Source of the DNA: Candidatus Methanoperedens sp.
GTDB lineage: Archaea; Halobacteriota; Methanosarcinia; Methanosarcinales; Methanoperedenaceae
Direction: 5' to 3'
Assembly (NCBI GenBank): GCA_027460535.1
Contig: JAPZAR010000025.1
Location: 30,001 to 62,000, forward strand
DNA length: 32,000 bases
Shown piece after piece: positions 1-9,151 of this stretch. The notes beneath the pieces are model-generated. The model was not told the DNA's origin, ran no database searches, and saw only the letters and a program-made list of their open reading frames with translations. The translations under genes and the position numbers were made by a program. How positions within the stretch are numbered: the first letter of the stretch is position 1; each line of letters begins with the position of its first letter.

Positions 1-1294
1 CCCGGCCTATCTGCGCACCTTCCTTCACGAACAGCCTGTAATCTTTCCTGCGTTCAAGATACTGGTGCGCAAGCTGCTGTTCGACCGAGCGTGCAATGCT
101 TTTTGCTTTCAATACATGTTGGGCCGTCGTGATCTGCGCCTTTTCACCGTGGGCTATATCCCCGGCCACGCGCACAAGCCCGCCGAGGTCCCTGAGCTTT
201 AGGGTGAGATGTCCTTTCCTGCCCGCCCTGCGCCTCGCTTCCCTGAGGATCTCTTCGACAGCGCCCCTGTCAAAATGTGGAATTTTACCATCCTTCACCA
301 CTTCTTGCGCAACGAAACGAACAAGCTTCTGCCTGTTCTCGGGAGTATCTTCCATCGTATCGCTCATGTATATCTCATAGCCGTATCCCTTGATACGGGA
401 ACGCAATGCCGGATGCATGCCTTTGAGGGCATCCAGGTTCCCTGCGGCGATCATGATAAAGTCTGTGGGAACGGGGTCGGTTTTTACCATTGCTCCGCTT
501 GATCTCTCAGACTGGCCTGTGATCGCAAATTCTTTTTCCTGAAGGGCTGTGAGGAGATTCTGCTGCGATTCGATACGCAGTGTGTTTATTTCATCGATGA
601 ACAGGACACCTTTGTGTGCTTTATGGATTGCCCCGCTTTCGACCCTGTCATGGGCCGGGGTCTCAAGACCACCGGATTGGAACGGGTCATGGCGCACATC
701 ACCCAGGAGAGCTCCAGCATGTGCCCCTGTGGCGTCGATATACGGTGCTATCTCCTTACCGGCATTTGAAACAAGAAGTTTGGGAATGAAAATGGTTTCT
801 TTAGGCATGAACTGTCGCATCATTATGGCGATCAAAACAGCCGCAATGATCCCCCAGAGCAGCATCCCGGTATAAAATGAATATGCCACAATTCCAAGAA
901 CAAGAAGCATAACGAACATATTCCTGGCCTGCATCCTCTTCTGGGCTTCCAGCTTGTGGGCGTCGGTTATTTCTTTACCTTTCCCGGCAGGAACGATACG
1001 TATCTTGGGATTGTTGGAGTCTTCAGGATTGTGATATATAAGAACATCCTGCAACTCTTCCTTTGGAAGCAATTCGGCCATCGCCTTGGCTAGCATCGAT
1101 TTACCTGTGCCCGGAGTTCCGAGCATCATCACATGCCTTCGCTGGTTAGCCGCCTTCTTTACAACTTCCACGGCATGTTCCTGGCCTATGACCTGTTCTA
1201 TTAACTGTTTTGGAACCTCGATATCTTTTGTGGATGTTATTTCTAATCCGCCAAGAAGGTCCTGGTTCTTCACTTCATTTTCAGCATTTTCCAT
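1..1294 (-). CDS. lon: Archaeal membrane-bound ATP-dependent Lon protease (LonB type), N-terminal ~431 codons; continues past the left edge
   Basis: Reverse translation from ATG at 1294 reads MENAENEVKNQDLLGGLEITSTKDIEVPKQLIEQVIGQEHAVEVVKKAANQRRHVMMLGTPGTGKSMLAKAMAELLP. It has a Walker A motif (GTPGTGKS). A hydrophobic insert (MFVMLLVLGIVAYSFYTGMLLWGIIAAVLIAIMM) then splits the AAA+ module, followed by VLFIDEINTL, as in LonB. The frame stays open to position 1. It is absent from the ORF track because no stop lies in the window. The plus-strand ORFs listed here are antisense artefacts. Confidence 0.9.
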   Translation of the reverse strand, partial: MENAENEVKNQDLLGGLEITSTKDIEVPKQLIEQVIGQEHAVEVVKKAANQRRHVMMLGTPGTGKSMLAKAMAELLPKEELQDVLIYHNPEDSNNPKIRIVPAGKGKEITDAHKLEAQKRMQARNMFVMLLVLGIVAYSFYTGMLLWGIIAAVLIAIMMRQFMPKETIFIPKLLVSNAGKEIAPYIDATGAHAGALLGDVRHDPFQSGGLETPAHDRVESGAIHKAHKGVLFIDEINTLRIESQQNLLTALQEKEFAITGQSERSSGAMVKTDPVPTDFIMIAAGNLDALKGMHPALRSRIKGYGYEIYMSDTMEDTPENRQKLVRFVAQEVVKDGKIPHFDRGAVEEILREARRRAGRKGHLTLKLRDLGGLVRVAGDIAHGEKAQITTAQHVLKAKSIARSVEQQLAHQYLERRKDYRLFVKEGAQIGR

Positions 1295-1469
1295 GTATTA
1301 CCAACTGATTAAAAGATATATCTCATCTTATTCATTATAACATTATCGCAGATTTGGGCTCTATTCTAATAAAAATGCACTCTTATATTCTTTTCGCAGC
1401 TTTCCACAAAGTCTATACGATTTATTTGACAATATACTACTGAATACTTAAAACCTGTGGAGGAATTTC

Positions 1470-2588
1470 ATGAAAACTTCAATCCAGATAGGGAGAATAA
1501 TGGGAATACCCATCAAATTACATATAACATTTCTTCTGATCCTGCCTGTATTTGCATGGATATTTTCAATCAATCCATCAAGGTTTGGTTTTAATGATAT
1601 AGAACCTGCATGGTTCAGGTACTCTCTTTCTTTAATTGCTGCAATCTCGCTTTTCGTTTGCGTATTATTGCATGAACTGGGGCATTCCTATATAGCTAAA
1701 AGCCATGGGGTGGGCATCCAGAGTATAACGCTTTTCCTCTTCGGAGGGGTTTCATCTATGGAGGAGATCCCAAGAGACCCAAAGACGGAGTTGAAGATGG
1801 CACTTGCAGGTCCCGGAGTCAGCCTTTTTATCGGCATATTGCTTGCAATATTATATTTGCTTTTTAAACCCACAGGTGAATCCTATCTGTCCTATTTATT
1901 TATACAAGTGACTGATATTGGTTATCTGAGACTTGTATGGCTTGTAGGATATATTAATATTGTGCTTTTCTTCTTCAATCTCCTTCCCGCCTTTCCAATG
2001 GATGGAGGCAGGGTTCTGAGAGCATGGCTTGCTGAAAGGATGTCTTATATCAGGGCTACGCGGTCGGCAGCCGGAATTGGTAAGATGTTCGCCATATTCA
2101 TGGGAATCTTCGGCTTATTCGTCCCTGGAGGTTTATGGTTTATTCTCATCGCATTCTTTATTTACATCGGCGCCTCAGAGGAAGAAAAATCTACAGAGAT
2201 AAATGTAATACTCGAAGGCGTCAAGATAAAAGACATCATGTCAACAGATGTTCAGACCATACCTTCTGGATTTTCTGTTGAAGAGCTTGTGGAATATATG
2301 TTCAGATACAAACACATGGGCTACCCGGTCGTTGACGATGGTCACGTGAAAGGCATAGTGACTTTTTCCGATGTGTTGAGAGTCCCCAAAGAAGACCGAA
2401 AGATTGTTAAGGTTTCACAGGTTATGACGAAAAATATTATCAGCCTTAAGGAAGATGAAGAAGCTGTAACCGCATTAAAACTTATGACTGTGAATAACAT
2501 CGGTCGTATAATAGTTGAAAAAGATGAGAAGATCGTTGGCATTGTATCAAGAACAGACCTTTTGAGGGCTGTGCAATTACTGGAATAA
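1470..2588 (+). CDS. Site-2 (M50 family) membrane metalloprotease with C-terminal CBS domain pair
   Basis: HELGH zinc motif in a TM helix ([15 protein letters not shown]). Second S2P motif [14 protein letters not shown]. Multiple TM segments. The C-terminal ~120 aa have two CBS-like repeats (IMSTDVQTI...[19 protein letters not shown]; VMTKNIISL...[20 protein letters not shown]). GGAGG sits 8 nt upstream of the ATG. Confidence 0.85.
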   Translation: MKTSIQIGRIMGIPIKLHITFLLILPVFAWIFSINPSRFGFNDIEPAWFRYSLSLIAAISLFVCVLLHELGHSYIAKSHGVGIQSITLFLFGGVSSMEEIPRDPKTELKMALAGPGVSLFIGILLAILYLLFKPTGESYLSYLFIQVTDIGYLRLVWLVGYINIVLFFFNLLPAFPMDGGRVLRAWLAERMSYIRATRSAAGIGKMFAIFMGIFGLFVPGGLWFILIAFFIYIGASEEEKSTEINVILEGVKIKDIMSTDVQTIPSGFSVEELVEYMFRYKHMGYPVVDDGHVKGIVTFSDVLRVPKEDRKIVKVSQVMTKNIISLKEDEEAVTALKLMTVNNIGRIIVEKDEKIVGIVSRTDLLRAVQLLE

Positions 2589-2589
2589 C

Positions 2590-3861
2590 ATGAATAACGG
2601 CGCCTATGCAGTGAGCTATAATTTCAATTATAAGAATCCGGAAGCGCTGTCCCCCCATAAAATAATACTGGTGGGAACAGCCCATGTTTCTGAAAAGAGC
2701 GTGGCACTTGTCAATGAAGTGATAGAGAGGGAAAAGCCGGACATAGTGGCGGTTGAACTGGATAAAGCAAGGTACCAGGCATTAAAAGGGGAGGAAGAGG
2801 TCAAGGAAATAAATGTTAAAGAACTACTCAGCGGCGGGAAGTTCTATTACTTCCTGCTCCACTGGCTTCTCGCCTATGTCCAGAAAAAAATAGGTGCTGA
2901 CACAGGGGTCAAGCCCGGCGCTGAGATGATGTCTGCTATCGACATCGCTGAAAAAAAAGGCGTGCGTGTGGCGCTCATAGACAGGGATATCCAGATCACG
3001 CTCGGGCGTTTCTGGAACAAAATGTCGTTCTTTGAAAAACTGAAACTCTTTGGCTCTCTCATCGGGGCATCGCTTGGAATAGGTACCGAAGAAATAGATA
3101 TCGAGACCGTAACAGACGAGGATGTCGTCACCCAGTTAATTTCCGAATTAAGGAAGCTGGCACCAAGCGCGGCCTCGGTTCTACTGGATGAGAGAAATGC
3201 CATAATGGCAAAAAACCTGATCGAAATATCAGGTGAAGGTACGGTTGTGGCGATCGTAGGCGCAGGTCACAGGGAGGGCATCCAGAAGTACCTTGATGCG
3301 CCTCAAACCATTCCTCCGATCGAAGAAATGATGACCCTCCCGAAAAAAAGGTTCAGCTGGTTTAAGGCCGCAACGGTCGCGGTCATAGCGATGGTTGTGG
3401 GAATGCTGGCACTTTTGATATACTCAGGCGGGATTTCCCTATCCGTTCTTTTGACAGCGATGCTGGTTCTGTTTATCACGCAGGGCGTGCTCTCAGCAGT
3501 TGGAGTTATAATCGCGAGAGGCCATCCATTTTCAGCCTTGACCGCGCTGGGCCTGGCGTGGTTCGGATTCCTTCATCCTTTTTTAGCCGTGGGTTGGCTT
3601 GCCGGGATAGTGGAAGCACATTTCCGTCCCCCCACGACCGAGGATTTCAAGAATATAATGAAAGCTGAAACCATGAAAGAATTAATGCAAAACAGGTTAT
3701 TCCGTATCATACTTGTGGCGGGTTTTGCCAACCTCGGCAGCATGATCGGGACTTTTGTGGCGATACCGATCATGGTACATTACCTCCACATCACCAATCC
3801 GCTTGAAATCCTCAAGACCGCTCTCGAAACAGGATTCACCGCGATAAGGAATATCCTGTAA
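2590..3861 (+). CDS. TraB/PrgY-family protein with C-terminal membrane domain
   Basis: N-terminal ILVGTAHVSEKS and later VAIVGAGHREGI motifs are typical of the TraB family. The C-terminal ~150 aa are hydrophobic with several TM helices. The start is 2 nt after the stop of the upstream protease gene. Confidence 0.75.
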   Translation: MNNGAYAVSYNFNYKNPEALSPHKIILVGTAHVSEKSVALVNEVIEREKPDIVAVELDKARYQALKGEEEVKEINVKELLSGGKFYYFLLHWLLAYVQKKIGADTGVKPGAEMMSAIDIAEKKGVRVALIDRDIQITLGRFWNKMSFFEKLKLFGSLIGASLGIGTEEIDIETVTDEDVVTQLISELRKLAPSAASVLLDERNAIMAKNLIEISGEGTVVAIVGAGHREGIQKYLDAPQTIPPIEEMMTLPKKRFSWFKAATVAVIAMVVGMLALLIYSGGISLSVLLTAMLVLFITQGVLSAVGVIIARGHPFSALTALGLAWFGFLHPFLAVGWLAGIVEAHFRPPTTEDFKNIMKAETMKELMQNRLFRIILVAGFANLGSMIGTFVAIPIMVHYLHITNPLEILKTALETGFTAIRNIL

Positions 3862-3864
3862 AAG

Positions 3865-4539
3865 CTATTTCCCAATTACTGTGCCGCCGTGCTTTCCGCT
3901 GACCGCATCCTGGATATTCTGGGGATTTTCTCCGTTCAGGACGATCGTTTTAATATTGCTTCGCTCTATTATCTTTGCAGCCAGAAGATCGATCGGCGAA
4001 TTCGCCCCTGCGATCATCTCGGTCTTCATCACTACCTCGATCAATTGCTTCGGTGTCATTCGTTCGAATTTCTGTGCATCCTTGTTCTTCTTTGGATCGC
4101 TCGTATATACGCCATCGATTGACGTGGCATTGATGAGAAGGTCAGCCGCCACATATTCAGCAAGGACAGCAGAAACCGCGTCCGTTGTCTGTCCGGGTGT
4201 TACACCCCCCATGACAACGATCTTGCCCGAAAGACCTGCGTTCTTTGCCTCCTTATAGTTCGGGGGAGGCTCGTAGTATGCGGCATCGCCCAGCGCAGCG
4301 ATGAGCAGCCGGGCATTCAGGCGAGTCATCTCTATTCCTATCACATCGCAGGTCGCCTCGTCGGCATCAAGCCCCCTTGCAACTTCAATATACTCCCTCG
4401 CTGCCCGGCCTCCACCTGTGACGATAAATACCGTATTCTTCTTTGAGATCTCCTTTATCACATTTGCATAACTTTTAAAATTTTCTGGCTTCAAGTCACG
4501 TGCAAGTACTGACCCACCGATAGAGATTATGATCTTCAT
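3865..4539 (-). CDS. pyrH: Uridylate (UMP) kinase, archaeal type
   Basis: MKIIISIGGSVL...FIVTGGGRAAREYI...VVMGGVTPGQTTDAVSAVLAEY...LINATSIDGVYTSDPKK shows amino-acid-kinase-fold motifs characteristic of archaeal PyrH. The length of 224 aa fits. Confidence 0.9.
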   Translation of the reverse strand: MKIIISIGGSVLARDLKPENFKSYANVIKEISKKNTVFIVTGGGRAAREYIEVARGLDADEATCDVIGIEMTRLNARLLIAALGDAAYYEPPPNYKEAKNAGLSGKIVVMGGVTPGQTTDAVSAVLAEYVAADLLINATSIDGVYTSDPKKNKDAQKFERMTPKQLIEVVMKTEMIAGANSPIDLLAAKIIERSNIKTIVLNGENPQNIQDAVSGKHGGTVIGK

Positions 4540-4806
4540 GACCTTCCGTAATGTTCTAGGATAATATTATCTTTCTTATCTCAGAATGCTAATACGGATA
4601 TGTGGAGCAATATCACCAGGTATCCCACCGAGTGCACATACCAGTATCACTGGAATTGTAGGGTGTTTTCTGTCTATTAAACATTTCGATTAACTTCAAG
4701 GAGTGGCTGAGACTCATTCCTTACAATGGATGAATAAATATCTTTTTGAAAATACAATATCTTTTTAACCACAAATTATTTAATGATTGGTAATCATACA
4801 TACCAT

Positions 4807-4824
4807 GTTCGTAAAATTACGAAC
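4807..4824. promoter_or_regulatory. 18-nt palindrome GTTCGTAA-AA-TTACGAAC with an AT-rich (TATA-like) centre, 66 nt upstream of hdrC
   Basis: Read directly: gttcgtaaaattacgaac has 8-bp arms and a 2-nt spacer. The same GTTCG-N8-CGAAC frame recurs at 21111-21128. Function as an operator overlapping a TATA box is inferred only. Confidence 0.35.
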
Positions 4825-4889
4825 AATAAAGATGACACCATAGAATTTAAGTATGATAAAATCTTCATGAGATTTCCCCCGAGGGACAA

Positions 4890-5495
4890 ATGAAAAAGGA
4901 AACTATCCAGCCCGAATCCAGAGACCTGGCTTTCCGCGACCTTATTTTGAAAACACCGATCGGTGAAAAAATTCCCACATGTATGCAGTGCGGGATATGC
5001 GCAGGTTCATGTCCTGTAAGCCACGAAATGGATTACACGCCGCGGCAACTTGTCCGCATGGTTCAGCTCGGTCTCAAGAAGGATGTGCTCAACAGCAACA
5101 CTATATGGATCTGTACTACATGCTTTTCATGCTCGGTTCGCTGTCCGAGAGGGATACGTCCCACCGAACTCATGGAGATGTTAAAGCCCATAGCCGTGGC
5201 GGAAGGCATAAGGAACAAGAACGCGAAATTCGATCAAGTTTTCTCGGACGTGGTGAAGAAAAATGGAAGGGCATCGGAATTCCTGTTGATCTCGAAATAC
5301 AGCCTGTCCGACCCCGGGATGATAAAACAGGCTCCTTTCGGTCTCGCCCTGATCTCAAAAGGAAAGCTCCCGTTGGTCATCGATAAAATGGATGATACAC
5401 GCGAATTGGAGGGTATTTTTGATCCCGGTACGCCGCCTGGGGAAAACAAGGAAAAACCTGAAAAACAAAAAAGCAATGAGGGGCCGGAGAAATGA
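4890..5495 (+). CDS. hdrC: Heterodisulfide reductase subunit C (two 4Fe-4S motifs) with a K/E/P-rich C-terminal tail
   Basis: CMQCGICAGSCP and CTTCFSCSVRCPRGI ferredoxin motifs. Operon position is directly upstream of hdrB, with a 4-nt start/stop overlap at 5492-5495. The tail is GTPPGENKEKPEKQKSNEGPEK. Confidence 0.9.
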   Translation: MKKETIQPESRDLAFRDLILKTPIGEKIPTCMQCGICAGSCPVSHEMDYTPRQLVRMVQLGLKKDVLNSNTIWICTTCFSCSVRCPRGIRPTELMEMLKPIAVAEGIRNKNAKFDQVFSDVVKKNGRASEFLLISKYSLSDPGMIKQAPFGLALISKGKLPLVIDKMDDTRELEGIFDPGTPPGENKEKPEKQKSNEGPEK

Positions 5496-6334
5496 AATAT
5501 TCTTATTATCCGGGGTGCGCGCAGCATGGAACGGCCGTAGATTATCGCATGTCTGTGGCAATCGTGTTCAAGCGGCTCGGTATTGAGCTTGAAGAGATCA
5601 AGAACTGGAACTGCTGCGGAGCCCTGCACGTGGACGACTGGAACACGAGAGTTGCACTCTCGGCAAGAACCCTGGCAGCGGCAAAAGGTCTCGATATAGC
5701 AACCCCGTGCAATCTCTGCTACTCTAACCTTATGCGTGCGAACACCGCATTTGAAGACAGCTCTCTGAAAAATAAAGTCAACGAAGCCCTCATGACCAAA
5801 TACGAAGGGAACACGAAACCAAAGCACCTTCTTGAAGTGGTAGTGAAAGATTTCGGCCTCACGAAACTCTCTGAACACGTCAAGCACCCGCTGAAGATAA
5901 AAGCTGTACCTTACTACGGCTGCCTTCTCACTCGCCCCGAGAACAGGTTCGATAGCCCTGAGAACCCAAAATCGCTGGATAATCTCCTTTCGGCCCTGGG
6001 CGCAGAGCCGGTAAAATACTATTACAAAACGAAGTGTTGCGGCGGCCCCATTCTCATTACTAACGAAGATTTGGCTCTGTGTCTGGCAAAAGATCTGCTG
6101 CTCATGGCGAAAGAGTCGGGGGCTGACTGCATGGTAGTGACGTGCCCGATGTGCCACCTCCAGCTTGATGCCAAACAAAAGGCAGTAGAATCCAAATATG
6201 ATATCAAGATAGAACTTCCTGTTATTTATTTCACGCAACTCATTGGCCTTGCCATGGGCCTTACTCCGGAGGAGCTCGGATTGAAAAAACATCTTGTCTC
6301 TGCTGAAAAACTGATCGCTAAGATAGGGAGGTAA
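5492..6334 (+). CDS. hdrB: Heterodisulfide reductase subunit B (two CCG domains)
   Basis: MKYSYYPGC...NWNCCGA...ATPCNLCYSN and YYGC...KCCGGP...TCPMCHLQ match the duplicated CX(n)CCX(n)CXXC CCG-domain pattern of HdrB. Confidence 0.92.
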   Translation: MKYSYYPGCAQHGTAVDYRMSVAIVFKRLGIELEEIKNWNCCGALHVDDWNTRVALSARTLAAAKGLDIATPCNLCYSNLMRANTAFEDSSLKNKVNEALMTKYEGNTKPKHLLEVVVKDFGLTKLSEHVKHPLKIKAVPYYGCLLTRPENRFDSPENPKSLDNLLSALGAEPVKYYYKTKCCGGPILITNEDLALCLAKDLLLMAKESGADCMVVTCPMCHLQLDAKQKAVESKYDIKIELPVIYFTQLIGLAMGLTPEELGLKKHLVSAEKLIAKIGR

Positions 6335-6336
6335 CG

Positions 6337-8679
6337 ATGGCAGAAAACGAACCAGTTCCAGAGTCGCTTCCCGAGAAAGAACCTGCGCCCAAGAAAATTG
6401 GCGTATACCTTTGCAGATGCGGTGGTAATATCGGCGATGTGGTTGACCTTCAGGCCGTAGCGGAAAGCCTGAAAGAAAATAAGGATACAGTAGTGAATAT
6501 CCAGGATTACCTGTGCAGCAGCCAGGGACAGGAGAAAATAAAAAACGACATCGAGAAAGGAAAGGTCGACCGCGTTGTAATCGGTTCATGCTCACCCAAA
6601 CTGCATCTTGAAACATTCAGAAGCATGGTAAAAAAAGCGGGGCTCAACCCCACTCTCCTTGAGATCACGAACATACGCGAACAGGCAAGCTGGGTGCATG
6701 AGAAAGACGGAATCAACCCAAAGGTCAGGGGATTGATAAAAGGTGCCGTAGCCCGCATGGGATCATTGGAATCGCTTGTGCCGCTTGAGAAAAAACTTGT
6801 GGACAGGACATTAGTCATTGGTGGGGGAATTGCGGGGATAACCACATCCCTTGAACTCGCAGATTCCCATGAAGTGATACTTATAGAAAAGCAACCTTTC
6901 CTTGGGGGGCACATGATCGGATTATCCAAGACCTTCCCCACACTTGATTGTTCCCAGTGTATACTCACGCCAAAAATGGTGGCCGTGCGCAATCATCCAA
7001 ATATCACCATGTTCACGCAGACGGAAGTTGGGGATGTCAGCGGAAGCCCGGGTGATTACTCGATTACACTCAAACACAGCCCCAGATATGTGGATATTAA
7101 AAAATGCATCTCCTGCGGAGCATGCGCCAGGAAATGCCCTACAGGCGCCATATTCCTGCCCTTTGCCCAGGCGATCCCACAGGCGTACGTGATCGATATG
7201 TCTAAATGCAAGAACTGCAGAGCCTGTGTAGAAGTATGCCCACGCGACGCTGTCAACCTCGAAGCAAAGGAAGAAAAGAGCATAATTTCGGTCGGGGCTG
7301 TCACTATGGCCACGGGTTTTGAGCCTATTGATCCATCTTTCATAGAAGAGTACAACTACCCTGCCCCAAATCTCCTTACAGCAGTTGAATTTGAGGAGAT
7401 GCTCTCGGCAAGGAGCAAAACCGGGATGAGACTTCAGAAAGCAGATGGGACATTCCCCAATCGGGTGGCTTTTGTGTTGTGTGCCGGGAGCCGTGATTTT
7501 ACAGGCAGAGGGAGAAAACATTGCTCCAAGGTATGCTGTATCTATTCGCAGAAACAGGCACAGCTCGTCAAGAAAATGAAAGGTGATGCAGAGGCATGGA
7601 TATTCTATATAGATATGAGGTCTGCGGGAAGAAGATTTGAGGAATTCTATTACCATACGGCGCAAAAGGGTGTCAACTATGTGCGCGGGAAAGTCTCCGA
7701 AATCATCCCAAAACCCGATAGTACGCTCATGGTGCAGTATGAAGATACGAATCTGGGCCGAAAAGGGCGGGAGATCTTTGACATGGTAGTGCTGTGTCCC
7801 GCGCTTATTCCGTCCGCGGGTACTAAGGAGCTTGCCGATAAGCTTGGTGTGCCCCTTGGAGATGACGGGTTCATAGAGGAAAAGCATGTCAAGCTTGACC
7901 CTGTTAATACATTGAACCAGTCTGTGTTCGCGGCAGGCTGTGTTCTTGGCCCGAAGGATATCCATGATTCCGTGACCGAAGGCATGAGTGCGGCGCATAA
8001 AGTCGGGCAGTTCCTCGGGAAGGGCATTATACTCATCCCGCCTGAAAAACCAATGATTTTGGAGTGCAACGGCTGCGGAGATTGCGTGAAAGCCTGCCCT
8101 TATAATGCTCTCAGCCTTGAAAGGGGAAAAGCGGTCCTCTCGCCGCTGGCATGCACCGGTTGTGGCACCTGCGTCCCGGCGTGCCCGATAAAAGGCATTG
8201 AGCTGAGGAATTTTACGCGCAACCAGTTGAAAGCGCAGCTAAAAGGGATATTGAGCGAAGGAACGGGTGTGATCGTTTTTATCGATCCTTTTGCATACGC
8301 GGCCGCGGATATTGCAGGGGTCAACCGCAAGCAGTATTCATCTCTTATCAGGTTTGTGAGCGTGCCATCCATCCACGTACTGGATGCCGATGTTGTCAAT
8401 GCTGCTTTTGAATACGGCGCAGCAGGAGTGATGCTCATTGAAGGAACCACGGATGAAAAACTTACATCGCTCTCCGATGACCTTTACAAAAAGCTTAAAA
8501 AGGAGACACGGAAGCATAAAAAACCGCTTCGGTATTCACATATAGAGACAGCACAGTACGAGAAATTGACCGACCTATTGAATGTGTTTGCATCACAGGC
8601 CGGTGCGAAGGCCGAAAGGAAGGGCAATAAAGTGCAGGGGAATAATCTGAAAGAAATCGCTGACACCGAAGAAGACTGA
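6337..8679 (+). CDS. hdrA: Heterodisulfide reductase subunit A (FAD plus multiple 4Fe-4S) fused to a C-terminal MvhD-like domain that lacks cysteines
   Basis: IGVYLCRCGGNIGD N-terminal cluster motif, VIGGGIAGIT FAD motif, and FPTLDCSQCILTPKM. Inserted ferredoxin motifs are CISCGACARKCP and CKNCRACVEVCP; CSKVCC is also present. C-terminal ferredoxin motifs are CNGCGDCVKACP and CTGCGTCVPACP. An MvhD/FlpD-like stretch follows: GVIVFIDPFAYAAADIAGVNRKQYSSLIRFVSVPSIHVLDADVVNAAFEYGAAGVMLIEG. Confidence 0.92.
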   Translation: MAENEPVPESLPEKEPAPKKIGVYLCRCGGNIGDVVDLQAVAESLKENKDTVVNIQDYLCSSQGQEKIKNDIEKGKVDRVVIGSCSPKLHLETFRSMVKKAGLNPTLLEITNIREQASWVHEKDGINPKVRGLIKGAVARMGSLESLVPLEKKLVDRTLVIGGGIAGITTSLELADSHEVILIEKQPFLGGHMIGLSKTFPTLDCSQCILTPKMVAVRNHPNITMFTQTEVGDVSGSPGDYSITLKHSPRYVDIKKCISCGACARKCPTGAIFLPFAQAIPQAYVIDMSKCKNCRACVEVCPRDAVNLEAKEEKSIISVGAVTMATGFEPIDPSFIEEYNYPAPNLLTAVEFEEMLSARSKTGMRLQKADGTFPNRVAFVLCAGSRDFTGRGRKHCSKVCCIYSQKQAQLVKKMKGDAEAWIFYIDMRSAGRRFEEFYYHTAQKGVNYVRGKVSEIIPKPDSTLMVQYEDTNLGRKGREIFDMVVLCPALIPSAGTKELADKLGVPLGDDGFIEEKHVKLDPVNTLNQSVFAAGCVLGPKDIHDSVTEGMSAAHKVGQFLGKGIILIPPEKPMILECNGCGDCVKACPYNALSLERGKAVLSPLACTGCGTCVPACPIKGIELRNFTRNQLKAQLKGILSEGTGVIVFIDPFAYAAADIAGVNRKQYSSLIRFVSVPSIHVLDADVVNAAFEYGAAGVMLIEGTTDEKLTSLSDDLYKKLKKETRKHKKPLRYSHIETAQYEKLTDLLNVFASQAGAKAERKGNKVQGNNLKEIADTEED

Positions 8680-8854
8680 AATAACTGACTTAAACCAACT
8701 TCTTAATCCGGGTTCGCATCAAGTTAAGCAGAAACTGCTGAAAGCTAGCACCTATTGGCGATTTGGGCCGGAAAGCTGTCAACGATTTATCCGGTTAATA
8801 TGGATAGTTATACAAAGAGGAGAAAATAAAGATAGTCTACGTAAGGGGTAATTT

Positions 8855-9151
8855 ATGAAGGATAAAACTATTGTTAAAAAGAAGAGTCCAATATTCGCAG
8901 TGATCGCATCATTTATTTTCCCGGGCCTGGGACAGATTTATAATGGAGAATTAAGAAAAGGAATAGGTTTTATTATAATCGGAATAATTTTTGCTTCCAT
9001 ATGGGTATTCCTGACACAGAGCGGTCATATCATAGGACCTATTCTGGTGTCAAGTGCGGGATATCTTCTATTATGGGTATCTACTATTCATGATGCCTAC
9101 AAGACCGCTGAAAAGATAAATAGCCATTTGTTACTGCTAAGTGATACTTGA
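8855..9151 (+). CDS. Small (98 aa) membrane protein with PGLGQIYNG motif, 3 predicted TM helices
   Basis: FPGLGQIYNGELRKGIGFIIIGIIF is a motif recurrent in small prokaryotic membrane proteins. Hydrophobic segments are present. AGGGGT lies upstream of the ATG. Confidence 0.6.
   Translation: MKDKTIVKKKSPIFAVIASFIFPGLGQIYNGELRKGIGFIIIGIIFASIWVFLTQSGHIIGPILVSSAGYLLLWVSTIHDAYKTAEKINSHLLLLSDT

Noticed and set aside
96-1340. Four plus-strand ORFs (96-380, 209-502, 549-875, 1086-1340)
   Set aside because: The minus strand here encodes a continuous LonB protease with Walker A and other AAA+ motifs. The plus-strand frames are artefacts.
5234-6616. 460-aa minus-strand ORF, the longest unexplained ORF in the track
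   Set aside because: It lies entirely antisense to hdrC/hdrB/hdrA, which have unambiguous motifs. Its translation is Arg/Phe/Leu-rich with no recognisable motif, the typical shadow of a well-conserved gene.
6922-7998. 358-aa minus-strand ORF inside hdrA, plus other antisense ORFs at 6507-6992, 7677-8069 and 8100-8450
   Set aside because: These are antisense shadows of hdrA. Their composition is implausible (His/Arg/Cys-rich) and there are no start-site signals.
6337-8679. Selenocysteine or other recoding in HdrA, or in-frame stops in the mtr/hdr genes
   Set aside because: All frames are continuous, with Cys at the positions that are Sec in some Methanococcales. No in-frame TGA or TAG needs explanation.
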